From positions 49,600,001-49,664,000 of the forward strand of contig NC_043007.1 in the NCBI RefSeq assembly GCF_006345805.1: a stretch of 64,000 nucleotides of DNA, read 5' to 3'. The translations under genes were made by a program, and so were the position numbers. Under the pieces are notes generated by a model. The model had not been told where the DNA came from. It saw only the letters and a program-made list of their open reading frames with translations, and did not search any database. Shown here in pieces: positions 13,223 through 26,944 of this stretch (the stretch's first letter is position 1; each line of letters begins with the position of its first letter). Origin of the DNA: Octopus sinensis. Its lineage: Eukaryota.

Positions 13223-14220
13223 TGTAGGGTTTAGACAACCGCACGTAAGGAGTTGACGACAAATGTCCCCTTTAGAACGCCGCACGGTCGTTCCCTAGCA
13301 TAATAAGAGACACTAGATACATACTATAACATACGGTGCCAAAGGAGTAAATGAATGAGGACAACAAACCGTTCTACTGTTTGAGAGAGAAAAGGACTTT
13401 ACCCACAATGTGTACAGAGAGAGTGTGTGTCAGTTCTAGCGAAGTGTTATGTATGAATGCGTGCGACAAGTATTTGTGTCTGTGTCTTCGTGTGTGCGAC
13501 AGAAGGTACAGACAAAAGGTGAATGCACATAAACAGAAATACAGAGCATAGGATAAGTCTCAGCATATTGAGTTAAGATAGAGTTAGTTTACCAGTTCAT
13601 GAGGTACACGATACTAAGAGTTCTATAACAAGATGTTAGCGGTCTACGTGGCAGAGCCAGTTACTACACTTGTAGAGGTTGGGGTTATCATGCCGTACCG
13701 AGTCTTGATATAGTAAGTTCTTTAGAGATACTGCAACTGTTTTCCGTGGTGAAAGATTCACACTAACAGCGCGAGTTAAACTTGGTCGGTGTTGATGTGT
13801 ACATGTTGTTGAAGTCGACGGTGGAATAGCGACGATGGTGGAGACGACGTGAAGATGAAGTACGACGATGGTGATTACGGCGGCGGAGGTTGAGAATGTT
13901 CTACGTTGCGGGCGTACATTAGCATCATAGAGGCTGAAGCTGGAGCATGGCTGGTCGTCTGTCGCTGGAACTGGAACATAGCTGAGTAGCTCTGTGGTCA
14001 GTGACTAGACCTTAAAAGGTCTAAAGCCGAAAGGCCAAGAATAATGAAAACAAGCGCCTTATAAAGAGTTAAGGTGGCTCAAATGAAGCAGGCCTTATCC
14101 GAAGGCCGTGATTGGTTAGCTGTACACTCTGGCGCGAAATAAGTCGAGAGATAGACCACGCCAGCTGCCAACAAATCAGATCAGTGGATACAACGGGGTC
14201 AAACTAGCCCCAGATGGATG
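13223..14220 (-). mobile_element. Possible solo-LTR-like element
   Basis: About 1 kb GC-richer non-coding block starting TGTAGGG, with minus-strand CCAAT (ctaaccaatcac) and TATA-like (tttataagg) motifs. No TSD or clear CA end found. Confidence 0.3.
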
Positions 14221-15120
14221 TAATCTCAAACGAGATCATTCTTATTGTGTCTCTCAAACAGTGAGGATATCAATATCGCTACACTTCGAAGAACTGTCTC
14301 GCAGTTTGCCGTAGTTATGAAGTGCAACACGATCAACAAAATCATGAAACACCAGGAACAGTTAAAAGATAAACTAGGAAAGCAGACTGGTGGCTCAAAA
14401 GCTAAAACCTTAAATTCCAAACTCCATCAGCCAAAACAAGAACTAGCAGCAACAGTTGACAAATTGAAATATAAATTCTGCAGATTATAAAATGAAAACT
14501 GAATAGGTTGTTCGAGACCCCAAATCAGGCAGTCGTAACTTCAATAAAATAACAAAATATCCGTAAGAAACATCCCATCAACAGAACAAGTGAGAAGTTA
14601 CTGGAGTCAGTTTGAGAAAGGAATGATGAACTCAACGGAAAAACTGAATGGATTGAAGAATTAGAACAGGGATACTGTAAACATGTTAAACAAAAACTGT
14701 TTGAAATCGACAGTGCAGTGTTAGAAACAATTGCGTGAAGGATACCAAATAGGAAATTCTCAGGCCCGGGATTTATTTCAGGATATTGATTTTAAAAAAA
14801 ATCTCAACTTCTATCGGCGTGATTCAATACGACCTTTGGAGAAGAGTATTAAGGGCACGTTAAACACATCCAAATGGCTTCCAAGTGCCACCACCCTTCT
14901 CATACCGCAAAATAACCAAACAACCGTATCTAAAAGTTACCGCCCAATAGCCTATCAAAATACCGGCTGCTTCAACTTGTTTCTACGAGGCCATTGTGCC
15001 ACTAACAATATTGTAACCCTAGAGCATAGCGGTAGGGGCGAGAAGAAAGGAAGTATGAGGATGTTTTGAGCAACTACTAGTTAGAAAAATGATGCAAAGG
15101 AAAGCGTAATATTTCTGCGG
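14220..15120 (+). mobile_element. R4/Dong-like LINE fragment (pre-RT to RT start)
   Basis: KQELAATVDKLK and WLPSATTLLIPQNNQTTVSKSYRPIAYQN-type motifs. Confidence 0.7.
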
Positions 15121-15483
15121 GGAAAACTACAAATATCTGGACAGTACTTACCTATGATTATTTAACTGATTTCTACAGAACAAAGTGTAACTTCGACATT
15201 GATTTAAGAGAGATCATTCTGTCGGTTACAAAGACCACACAAGAATAAGAAGCAACAGGTTGCAAAACCCAATATTAAATATATTATTATAAAAACACAA
15301 AAGGATGTCCATGAATGGAACATCATTGAGCATACTTGGAAATGGCTGAATTGTGGCAAAACAAGAACAGCTCTGCTATCAGCTGCCTCAACCACAAATG
15401 ACCACCCTTCTTGAACAAAATATTTCTGACATCAAAATTAAATGCTAAATTTAAATAAACAAGTCTTATAAATCACTACTTAC

Positions 15484-15625
15484 CCAGGAAGACGATTTGT
15501 AGCAATGAAAAACATTCCAACAGCGCAGAAAACATTATTGCTAATGGTTGAAGAATTTGAAATTTACCAAATTGTTTCAAATCAATAAAGAGACCATCAA
15601 AATCATATTCTGTTTCCTGTGACAT
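15484..15625 (-). CDS. First coding exon (A) of an SLC22/organic cation transporter-like gene
   Basis: ATG..MSQETEYDFDGLFIDLKQFGKFQILQPLAIMFSALLECFSLLQIVFL-G. The 'xDFD.L...L..FG.FQ' N-terminus plus TM1 is typical of SLC22. It is 142 bp with no stop and ends at a phase-1 G|GTAAGT donor. Confidence 0.7.
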
Positions 15626-15724
15626 CTTTGATCTAAAATTTTTTATCAAAGTTTTTTCGACACGGTACCAACAAAAGTTTCGGATATTGTTATACAACAC
15701 TGGTCACATTAAGATTCGCTGTTT

Positions 15725-15945
15725 CAATTTTCAAATGATACCACCATTTTAGCTCGGCAGGCTGGCCAACATTTCTCCTGGATTGAGTACCAGTACGTCA
15801 CAAGGTTACCTATTTACAGCTGAGTGAACTAGAAAACGTGAAATGAAGCGTTTTGCTCACGAACACAAATCGAAAATATGGTCTTGTAAGGTTGGGTATG
15901 ACATCCTAACCACTATGCCACGTGTCTTTATTCACTAATACATTC
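15725..15945 (-). mobile_element. tRNA-derived SINE, family C
   Basis: Reverse complement of the gtggcttagtggttagg head and the gagcaa..tttcacgtt..ccagttcactcagctg core seen at 62122. Confidence 0.65.
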
Positions 15946-16084
15946 ACAATTTAGATATACGGAGTCAAGATATGTGTATTCACGTCGAGATCCTGTTTCA
16001 AAAAGCCTCTCACCTTCGATCCAGATAAAATAGCAAATTATGCAAATGAATTATGATAATAGCAGGCTTCTAATTTTGGAACAA

Positions 16085-16225
16085 GGACAGTAAGCTTTAG
16101 GGAAAGGTAAGTCAATTACATTACATATTTGTTTTTCATTTTATCGACCCCAAAAAGATGAAAGGCAGAGTCGACTTCGGCAGCATTTGAACTCAGAACA
16201 TAAAGATCCGGAAGGAATGTCACGA
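16085..16225 (-). mobile_element. Nin/Deu-domain-type SINE (family A), partial
   Basis: Reverse complement of gttctgagttcaaat..gtcgactctgcctttcatc..ggggtcgataaaa. Confidence 0.75.
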
Positions 16226-16583
16226 TGTCAAATTTAAGAACTATAACTGTTCGTGTTTGTTTTTGTTTTTTTTATATGTAAACAAACTTGCTGTGGTAAC
16301 ACACTTAGTCGCGTTAACAAAGGGATGTGGGTTCGACTCCTACGCGGATAGGAAAGCCTTTTTTCTGTCGAGGGCTTATATGCCCCTTTATTAGACTATT
16401 TTCCTTAGTCATTGCACGGTGATCGCCATAAACTTTAAGTTTATATAAAAATACCATTATTATTATTTACAGGATTGTATAAAAAAAAAACCATTTGCAC
16501 CGAAAGCATATAGAAAGTTTGTTTACATATAAAAGAAACAAGCACGAACTGTTATAGCTCTTAAATTTGACAGGAAAATGCAG

Positions 16584-16724
16584 GCTGATTCGTTGGTGTA
16601 GAGGTAACGCACTTAGTCACGTTAACAAAGTGATGTGAGTTCCACTTCTACGCAGACAGGAAAGCTTTCTTTCTGTCGAGGGCTTATATGCCTCTTTATT
16701 AGACTATTTTCCTAAGTCATTGCA
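16584..16724 (+). mobile_element. tRNA-derived SINE-like unit, with a second 5'-truncated copy at 16290-16416
   Basis: Box A tggtgtagagg and box B-like gagttccac (ggttcgac in copy 1). About 125 bp are shared between the two copies. Confidence 0.6.
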
Positions 16725-17224
16725 AGAGAGGAAGAAGATGGGGAATAAAGCTAAGAAAAAACATAAGAAACTACATATATGTTTCTGTCAAAACCAATAA
16801 GCAGATAGGAGTTTCCAAACATGTTTCATGCCAAGAAAATTGCTACATTCATACTATTTTATGCTTGGACTTCTTCAGGGTTCAAAAAGAGCTAACTCTA
16901 CTTAGGTAATCATCATATCTTTTTGAAGCAAGATGTATCTGATTGGTAGGTTTTTCAAATTTGTAGATATCCTATATACATATACAAAATATTATAATTA
17001 GCAAACAGATAAATGAAAATAAAAATAAAAAATATAAAATAAATAAATAAATTTAATATAAGGAAAACCTAAATTCTAAAGATGACTCTTAGTAGATTAG
17101 TGAGAGATGCATATGTTGTTATGATTTAGGATGAATAGAAATTTGAAAAAAGCCGTTGTAATGCTTGACCAGTTGGAACTTACTCTGGATAACAAAAAAA
17201 AAGAAAAGAAAAAAAAACGAATTA

Positions 17225-17720
17225 TTGTCCGTTACCCAGACAAATGGTGCTGTACTAAACTAAATAGAGTATGCTGATTTCGAATCTGAACTCAGAATAG
17301 ATGTAGCACGTCAGCATTTTGAGTTATGCGCATAATTATATATTCATACTATATTAGAACCAGGAATAGTTAAGTTCAAGATAAATAATTATCATAATAG
17401 TATATTAGTACTGTATATAATAAATTTATGTTCAAGGCAAATAGTATTATAATACAATGGTACACAGTATATTTATGTTAAGGAAGTACTCACTTTATTT
17501 TTGGTATGCTCAGTTCAGAAATGTCTTAATTGTTTAAGACCGCTTTCATTTTAGCAAATTTTATAATACGGCCTGAATTTAGCCGACAGTGTAGTTATAA
17601 TCTTGCAAATGCACGTAACTCAAAATCCTGATGTGCTAGAACAATTCTGAGTGCGAATTCGGAATCAGCACCTGCTCTTACCCCAGTAGGAAAATGTCTT
17701 TTGTCCAGTGTTATTGACCA
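17225..17720. mobile_element. Degenerate MITE-like element with inverted arms
   Basis: 17271-17335 (tgctgatttcgaatctgaactcagaatag..ttttgagttatgcgcat) is an imperfect reverse complement of about 17609-17672. Confidence 0.45.
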
Positions 17721-18467
17721 ATTTTGATTAGGGCATGTGGGTGGATATTTGAATAGCGTTGATGAGAATGAAAATGTCAAGTATATAGTGGCTCATACAT
17801 ATTTAGTTGAGCATATATGTGTAGAAGAGAAATAAAATAAATATATAAATAAACAAAAAAAACAAACAGACATAAACACACGCACATATATAAAAGAATT
17901 ATATTAAAAAGAAATATGAAAGAATTATTTTATATATTCGGGCGTATGGATATGGATACAGAAAAACACACTTATATAGGTAGAGAGATGGATATAAAAA
18001 TACCGGAGAGGTGGGGATTATAGGAAAAATACAAAAGGAGTTTAGTTCTAGTATATATTTAATTTGTAGGTATATTATTAGGCTAAGTGAAATAGTAGAT
18101 GTTTAAAAACCAAATTAGATTAAATATTAGTAATACTAGGGGGTATGAAGACCTATGGAGGACATATTAACCAAAAATAAGTGAAAAAAGAAGAATACGT
18201 TTCTTAATAATCTATAAATTACTTATGTATGAGATTGTTGTACACGGGTTTGATATAAATAAAAATATAAATAGATGTTATGTAATAGCGCTAAAGAGTA
18301 AGAAACAAGGATGAGAATATATCGAGGTTCCTGTTAAGAAATTAGTTACTATAAGGAAGATATGTTTAGTAGGTGTGATGTTAATATTCTAAGAAACTGA
18401 TAGAGAAAGATAGATAAGTAATATAGTAAGAAGAATATGTTGATTAGATTTTCAATATATTGTGAAC

Positions 18468-18685
18468 AAGGGGGCAAGCTGACAGAAGCGTTAGCACACT
18501 GGGCGAAATGCTTAGCGCTATTTCGTCTGTCTTTACGTTCTGAGTTCAAATTCTACCGTGGTCAACTTTGCCTTTCATACCTTCGAGGTGGATAAATTAA
18601 GTATCAGTTGCGTACTGGGATCGATCTAATCGACTAGCGCCCTCCCCCAAAATTTCAGGCTTTGTACCTAGAGTAAAAAAGAATA
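18468..18685 (+). mobile_element. Family A SINE, full length
   Basis: gctgacagaagcgttagcac head, gagttcaaatt box B, gcctttcat..gataaattaagt core, cctagagtaaaaaagaat tail. Confidence 0.85.
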
Positions 18686-20219
18686 TATGTGTGAAAGAAA
18701 GTCGGTGTGCACCGGTTTTTTTTCTTTGATATATAAAAAATGAAAGTTAAGGTTTGTCACGCACGCAACCAACCAGAATTTTCATTGGACAACCTTTTAT
18801 ATGTTAAAAAGTGGTGTGTTGGGTTCAGAAATATAAAGGGAGTGCAGGTTGTGAACTTTGAATGATAAAATAGTGAATATAAATATTTATATGTATAATG
18901 TCCAAGATACACCAAAGAGCAGAAAGGAATTGTGTGATGCGTGCATCGTAGAGAAAATTTGGGGTTGAAACATGCATTATATGAAAATAAACAAGTAAAA
19001 CATCTAATTTTTAAAAAAAATTCTAGAGGTTCGTATATAATTATTTAGGATGTTAAAAAAGAGAGTAAACAAAAAACACATGCACCGGATTTCATGTGGA
19101 AAGTAAGTTTTATATCCATAAATTTAGGATTAAATAGAAAGATAAAAAGATGAATGAAGTATCGGGATATAGAAACACTATAAACCAAATATGCTGGGGA
19201 ATGGAAATTATCTTAAAATGTGTGATCTATGACAAATAGGACTTATTCACGGACCGTTAATTTATTAGGATATGTAGGTAGATATTTAAATAGTTATTTA
19301 AAATGCCGTTATGAGATGAAAGAAAAATATTGGATATATGCGCGTAAATCCATGTGGATTCACAATATTCACATATAGATACGAGGGCATGTAAGCAGGC
19401 ATGGATAAGTATATACAACATGTATACACATACATATGCATTTATAACGTGACGTGAGATGTCGGGTTACCAGTTATAACTGACTGTGTATTTGTTGTGG
19501 TAGTCAGCAAATATAACTGCTTACTCTTGTAAATATAAATATCACCAATTATAAACTTCAGGTTAGGCTGCGTTTATATGTATATATGTAAGTAAAAGTC
19601 GCTGTGTCTTTGCGAGAAGTTTATAGATGTAGACAGAACGCTAGATGTAATATACAATCGTAGCAGCGTGTATGTATGTTGAAGATACCAACATTTCACT
19701 AGTAGGTTATAAGACAGTTTAAATAGGATAAGAAGATGTGTTTTTGATAGCAAGGTAAAACTATCTGTGAAAGTGAATTTAAGAAATCATGTTTATCTTA
19801 AGAATGCTATTTCGTTTCTTCATACTGGGTTGACTGTATTTTCTTGTGTTGACCGAAGCTTGAGTATATCTTCATGAAAGTGCATGCAAATAAATCTTTA
19901 ATTAATTTTCCTTATAATCAAACAATGGGAGTTCGTACAGCTAATACCAAGAGATTTAACACCAATAATTTATTTACAGAAAGTAAAAATATATACAATG
20001 AATTTATCACAACATAATAGTGTTAGGAAAAATTGCAGTACATGTTATAATCAAGAAAAACATATTTTAAAAGGAATCTGTCGCGAGACAGATTCATATA
20101 TATACATATAGCATGTAATAATGCATAACATGAATATATAAATTAATCGATATTAAAACATTCATCTGACCACACCAGAATTTTGGACATGATTGTATGT
20201 ACACACACAAAACACACAC

Positions 20220-20399
20220 AACTTGATATAATGTCACCATGTTGCGCACATATGGGTATGATGCATGCGCGTGCTGCACCCTTATCAGACGGGTAGTCAT
20301 GGTGGTATTGGGCTTCGTATATTTGTACTTCGGTGTCACTTTGATTTCATGCACTACTCTCTCAATAATGAAAGTAATGATAATAATGATAATGATAAT

Positions 20400-20470
<71 letters not shown>
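20220..20470 (+). mobile_element. Family D retroposon 3' end with (AAT)n tail
   Basis: Reverse complement of the sequence at 7203-7300, followed by a long (AAT)n. Confidence 0.7.
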
Positions 20471-20474
<4 letters not shown>

Positions 20475-20539
20475 CCTCTCTACTGTAGGCACAAGGCCTA
20501 AGATTTTGAGGGAGGGGACTGACTAGTCGATTACATATT

Positions 20540-21356
<817 letters not shown>

Positions 21357-21599
21357 TTAGACTATATCCGAATAATATCCACTAAAATATATTTCTGTTT
21401 TCCAAATGAAACTATGCATTTTAACTGTGTCACCTCCATCATTCGCAAACATGTAAACAAGCTCGCTATACTGACGAAGCACTGGATTATACTCGAGTAA
21501 GTAACACTCTTTAAAAGTTTTGGAATGTATCCGAGTAAGTAATGCTAAAATTTATTTCTATTTTTCAAATGAAATGATGTATTATAACTGTGTATAATT

Positions 21600-24500
21600 T
21601 CCATGACCCGCACAACATGTATATACATTCTCACCACGTTACGATTCAATCAACATCATACCATCTCCGTTCCCAACCACCATGCAAAAAAATGAAAACT
21701 AAATTGAATAATACCCTATTATCCAACCCAAGGATAACAAACTTTAAACTTGTTACACAAAAATACGAAAAACTACACGTGCAATACCGCAATACCATTT
21801 AACACCAGAAATAAATGAACTGTTACCCTACGAAAATGATGACCATCAAAATGAAGGACTAGACATTATTCCCCATATCCAGCACATAAAATCAAAAAAG
21901 CAAAAATGGACACGTGAGTAATATATTTCAATCCTACGCTTATTTTACCCACAGAACGAAAACACAGCAGCATACATATTAAATCTGGAAGAAAAATAAT
22001 CTAGGTAAAATAGCTCACATACGGAGAAATATTCTCAAAAAAAAAAAAGAATACAAGAAATAGAAATAGAACGCTTAAAAGGAAGAATACATCAATAAAA
22101 AGTAGATAGCAACCACACGGCAATGCCAAATAATATCATAAGCATTGGGACTGTAAAACACGAAGACAGATGTAACATGTCCAACAAAAACGAAGTAAAT
22201 AACGAAAGACTACACGCCCAGATCGTAGGAATGTATAATGATAAGCAAAATGCACCAAACCAGAACACCACAGACACAAATATAAATGGGGGGGGGGAAT
22301 ACGAAAGAAATCTAAAACCTGGAAACAGTGATAGTGAAACTAATGAGGACGACCGGTTGTATCTCGCAAAAATTAAAATTGATATTAAAACATCAATAAC
22401 AAATAGCATGAAGTTGGTTGTCACAGAACTAGTAGCCACAGAAACAAATGTCAATATGACCAGGCTAAATGATATAATATATGCAGCAGCCACTGTGGCC
22501 ACAAAAGAAGCTGGATACCCCCTAAAACCCATCCCAACAGGAGTATCACCACCCAAACAAACCCAGTGGATGAATAATATCCAGAAAAAAGTAGAAAATA
22601 AGAGAAAGAATTTGTCAATCCTTAATGAAACTAGTAGACTATCAACACTACTAAGCAACAAAAAGAAACTGAACAAGGTATACCAGAGGTAAAAGAACAG
22701 ATAAAACAAGATATCCTAGCCAAAGGACAAATAATCCGCCGGTATGAGAAACATCAACATTTCTTTGAACAAAACAGTTAAACTGAAACCCCAAAAGATT
22801 CTACCAAGAAAATATCAAAAATAAAATAAAACATCAATGCATCACCAACAGCTGAAGAAGTGGAAGAATTTTGGAAAGAAATATGGTCGGCGAAGGAACA
22901 ACCTTAGAAAAGGTCTGTCAAAACAACGAACACAGCACCTTAACAACTCTAACAACTGATGAGGTTACCAAGCGCTGCAAGAACTAAGCAACTAGAAGGC
23001 ATCCGGTCACAACAAGATCTCCAACTTCTGGTTAAAATACCTAACAGGAACACATAAAAAGCTGGCTGAGAAATTTAATGAAATACTAGGAGACAATGCC
23101 TGACTGGCTCACAAAACGGAAAACTATCTTAATTCAAAGATCCACTGAAACGGCGAACCCACAAAATTACAGACCGATAACTGTCTCCCTACAATTTATA
23201 AAGCCTTTAATGCAATATCACGGAGAATGAGCAAGCATCTGGAAGAAAACAACTTGTTTCCAGAAGAGCAGAAAGGATGCTGCAAGGGCTCATACAATTG
23301 TAAAGTTCAGCTACTGATCAATAAAGCCACAACTGAAGATTGCTTCAGAAAGGAGAAGGGTCTAAGAATGGACTGGATCGATTACCGAAGTGCTTTTAAT
23401 AGTATTCCCTACACATGGATCCTAGGAACACTAGCCATGAAAAAAGGCAGCATCAATAATCATAAAATACATCAAACATCCCATGAATAAATGGCAGACT
23501 GCTACAGTCCCAGACAAAAGATGGACTCATAAAAAGCAAAGCCATCCCCATTAGAAGAATACTCCCGGGAGAGATGCTTTCTTCACTCCTTTTCTGCTTG
23601 GCACTGACACCTTTATCTAACCTGCTAAACAGAACTGGATGTGGATAGAACTGTTACTGCAAAAGAATCAACCATCTCTTGTATATGGATGTTTTAAAAC
23701 AGTACGCTGCAAATGATAAACAGCAGGAAACAAGAGATAAACATGAAACTTAACTTAGAAAAATGTGTCAAAGCAACTTTGAAAAGAAGAAAACTAGTTA
23801 AGAGTAAAAGCATCACACTAGATAAAGCAAATGAAATAAGAGAATTAGACCAAAGCCAGACATACAAATATTTAGGAATCAACGAACTAGATACTATGCA
23901 AAACACACAAATCTAAGAGCAGATAAGAAAGGAATACTATAGACGAGTTAGATTAGTACTGAAAATAGAGCTCAATGCGAACAACAGTAGCTATCCTTGT
24001 TATATGCTACAATATTCTTCACTGGACTCTAAATGAACTAATCAAAATAGACAGGAAAACAAGAAAAGCAATGACAGGATTTAAGATGCCTCACCACAAA
24101 ACTAGAAATTATTATAAAATAACCACCATAAGATTACAAAAATACCTACTTCAGAATCAAGGAAAGCTAATACAGATAGCCACAAATCTCGAACAAAACA
24201 AGAAGCTGTTTTCAGTCTTTAAAGAAGCTGAAGCTGTAAAACAACTGAAATCCAAACTAAAACTGGTACAACAACATACCATAATAAAACGATGGCAAGA
24301 AAAGCAAATATTGGGTTAAGTTAAACAGAAAAGAAATAGACAAAGCAAATTCCCAATAACGGCCGAGAAGTTTAGATCTCAAGGCAGAGACTGAAGGATC
24401 TTCAATTGTAGCACAAGATCAAAGCCTTCCCACCAGAAATCATCAAAAGCACGAAATGAAAAGAAATACAAGTAGCTTCATAATATGTGGTGATGGATAA

Positions 24501-25075
24501 GAAACAATAAATCATATTGTCTCTGGCTGCCCAGTCCTGGCCAAGAAAGAATATATTCACTGACACGACAGAGTCGGGACCTATATACAATGGAAGCTAT
24601 GCCAACACTAAGGAATAACAACAGGAAAACAGATGGTATAGACACACGCCAGAAAAGGTCTCAGAAAATTAGCAAGCAACCATACTATTAGATATGTCAA
24701 TATACACAGGTATAGAAATTAAGGCCAATAGGTAGGATGTAGCTCTCAGAGATCATCAAGAAAGAAATTCTTTCTAATCTATGTATCAATACCAACAGAT
24801 GACAATGTTTCTCTAAAAGAAACGGAGAAACTTTCAAACTACAAAGATCTGAAAATAGAGGTAATTCGAATGTGGAGTCTACAAACAGAAACAATTCCTA
24901 TCATAGTAGGTGCATTAGGTATGAAAAAAAACATTCAGACAAATACATAACAAAAGCATCAGGATTTACAAGTATATGTAACATACAAAAAATAGCACTA
25001 TTAGGCACCGCACATATCCTACGTAAAACACTTTCAATACAGTGAAAATAAGAGCACCACAACAAACAACAGTAG
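21600..25075 (+). mobile_element. Near full-length R4/Dong-like RLE LINE, pseudogenised
   Basis: N-terminal KQKWTRE Myb-like start, ORF 22123-22692, RT (EEQKGCCKGS, WIDYRSAFNSIP, NHLLYMD), zinc knuckle, RLE and LLGTAHILRKTLSIQ*. Confidence 0.88.
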
Positions 25076-25139
25076 TAGTAGTAGTTTTTGTTGATGTTAT
25101 GATTGTAGTTTTTGATTCATGTATAAGCTATCAATTTAG

Positions 25140-25262
25140 TGGGGAGAGGTTAGTAGATTCCATACGCTACTCTATGGATATACTATTTCATCGACCCGGA
25201 GAGATGAAAGGCAAGGTTGAACACGGTGTGGTTTGAACACAGTAGATAAAGAGCCTGAAGAA
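25140..25262 (-). mobile_element. Family A SINE, degenerate partial
   Basis: ttcatcgacccggagagatgaaaggcaaggttgaa is the reverse complement of the core. Confidence 0.6.
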
Positions 25263-25662
25263 GGAATAGAGCCCCAAATATTATTAAACGAATATCTTGT
25301 TCAACCAGAAAAAAGCTTATTTAAAAAATATATCTTATAAAATGTTCTTTATATCAATGGAAGTTCTTGTTTACAAGTACTAAGGACGTGGGATTAGTAT
25401 AGAGAAAACTCGTTCAGATATACACCACACTATAGAATCTTGAGTAACATATTGGAGAATGTAGCATTATAAACGCTGGAATAAAAACGTTACGGTCACA
25501 GTTGGACTGTCACTGAACATAATTAGAAAAGGATAGCATGGGGCAAAATAAGAGAAATTCGACTGTCTGCTATTTCAACGACACAATATTTAAACAAATT
25601 GTTTTTGACATCAAAATTAAAAATTAAGCTTAAACAAGGAAGAATTGACTATCACAACTTAC

Positions 25663-25804
25663 CCAGGAAGATAATTTGTAGCAATACAAAAGAAGCAACA
25701 AGGCATGTTGACATAAGAGCAAGAGATTCACGAATTTGAAATTTGCCAAATATTTTTAGATCAGTAAAGAGACCATCAAAATCATATTCCTTTTTTCGTG
25801 ACAT
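25663..25804 (-). CDS. First coding exon (B) of an SLC22-like gene, paralogous to exon A
   Basis: MSRKKEYDFDGLFTDLKIFGKFQIRESLALMSTCLVASFVLLQIIFL-G. Same 142-bp length, phase-1 G|GTAAGT donor, 30/47 residues identical to exon A. Confidence 0.7.
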
Positions 25805-25906
25805 AATGTTACGCCGGTCCAAGAAAACTTTCAAAAAACTTTCACAGCCATCCAGTCGAATGAGATAAGAAATTATGCATATAAATAGTGTTGTTGTCGT
25901 TACTAC

Positions 25907-25926
25907 TACTACTACTACTACTACTA

Positions 25927-25960
<34 letters not shown>

Positions 25961-25993
25961 GATGCTGCTACTGCTACTGATGCTACTGCTTTG

Positions 25994-26039
<46 letters not shown>

Positions 26040-26060
26040 ATAATAATAATAATAATAATA
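25907..26060. repeat. (CTA)n-(TAA)n compound microsatellite
   Basis: Direct reading. Confidence 0.95.
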
Positions 26061-26857
26061 ATTTGTGTCTGGAGAGAGTTATTCTTTTTTGGTGCCCTAT
26101 TAATTTAACACATTCATTTAATTTCCACTCATTTATTTATTTTTACTAAAATGTTCATTGTGACTTGCAACCTATTCAGTAGTCGTTGACTCTGTCCGTT
26201 ATCAGAACTGTGTTCTTATTCGTTTCCTTTTTGTACGCATGCGTGTGCGCCAGTGTGTGTGCGCATAACATATCTATGTATGTATGTATGTATGTATGTA
26301 TGTATGTATGTATGTATGCATGCATGTATGTATGCACGTATGTATTTATGTGTATGCATGTATGTGTACCTATGAATATACATATGTATGCATATGTGCA
26401 CGTTTGTATGAATGCATGTATGTATGTATGTACAGTGCATGTTTGTATGTAAGACTGCATGTGTGTGTATGCCTATATATATGTATGCTTGTGTGCATGT
26501 TTGTATGTATGCATGTATTATGCATATCCATGTGCTTGTGTGTTCATGTTTGGGTGTTTGTGTGTTTGCGCTTGTGTGTTTGTATACGTGTATGTGTGTA
26601 TTTGTGTGTATACCTCTGTCTCCTTGTGTGTGCATGTCTTAATGTGTCTGTGTATGGGTTTGTGTGATTATGCATGTGCGTCTGTTATTTATGGATGTGT
26701 GTTTCCATATGTGTCCTTGTGGGAAGTTATGTGTTTCAGTTTTCATTTGTAGGATGTATGTATGTGTGCAGGTGTGTATGAGTTTGTTCCGTCTGTCCAT
26801 ATTACTTATGTATCTATCTATTTGTATCTACCTGTCCATACGCGTATCCATTTACCT

Positions 26858-26944
<87 letters not shown>

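Noticed and set aside
16584-16670. Possible functional tRNA gene
   Set aside because: I could not build a convincing acceptor or anticodon stem, box B is mutated, and it continues into a duplicated non-tRNA tail. A SINE or pseudogene is more likely.
16800-16910. Open stretch ending in ag|gtaatc, a possible plus-strand exon
   Set aside because: No recognisable homology, acceptor or partner exon.
22092-22709. 205-aa hydrophobic minus-strand ORF resembling a membrane protein, located between the SLC22 exons
   Set aside because: It is the antisense reading of the A-rich LINE ORF at 22123-22692 and has no SLC22 motifs.
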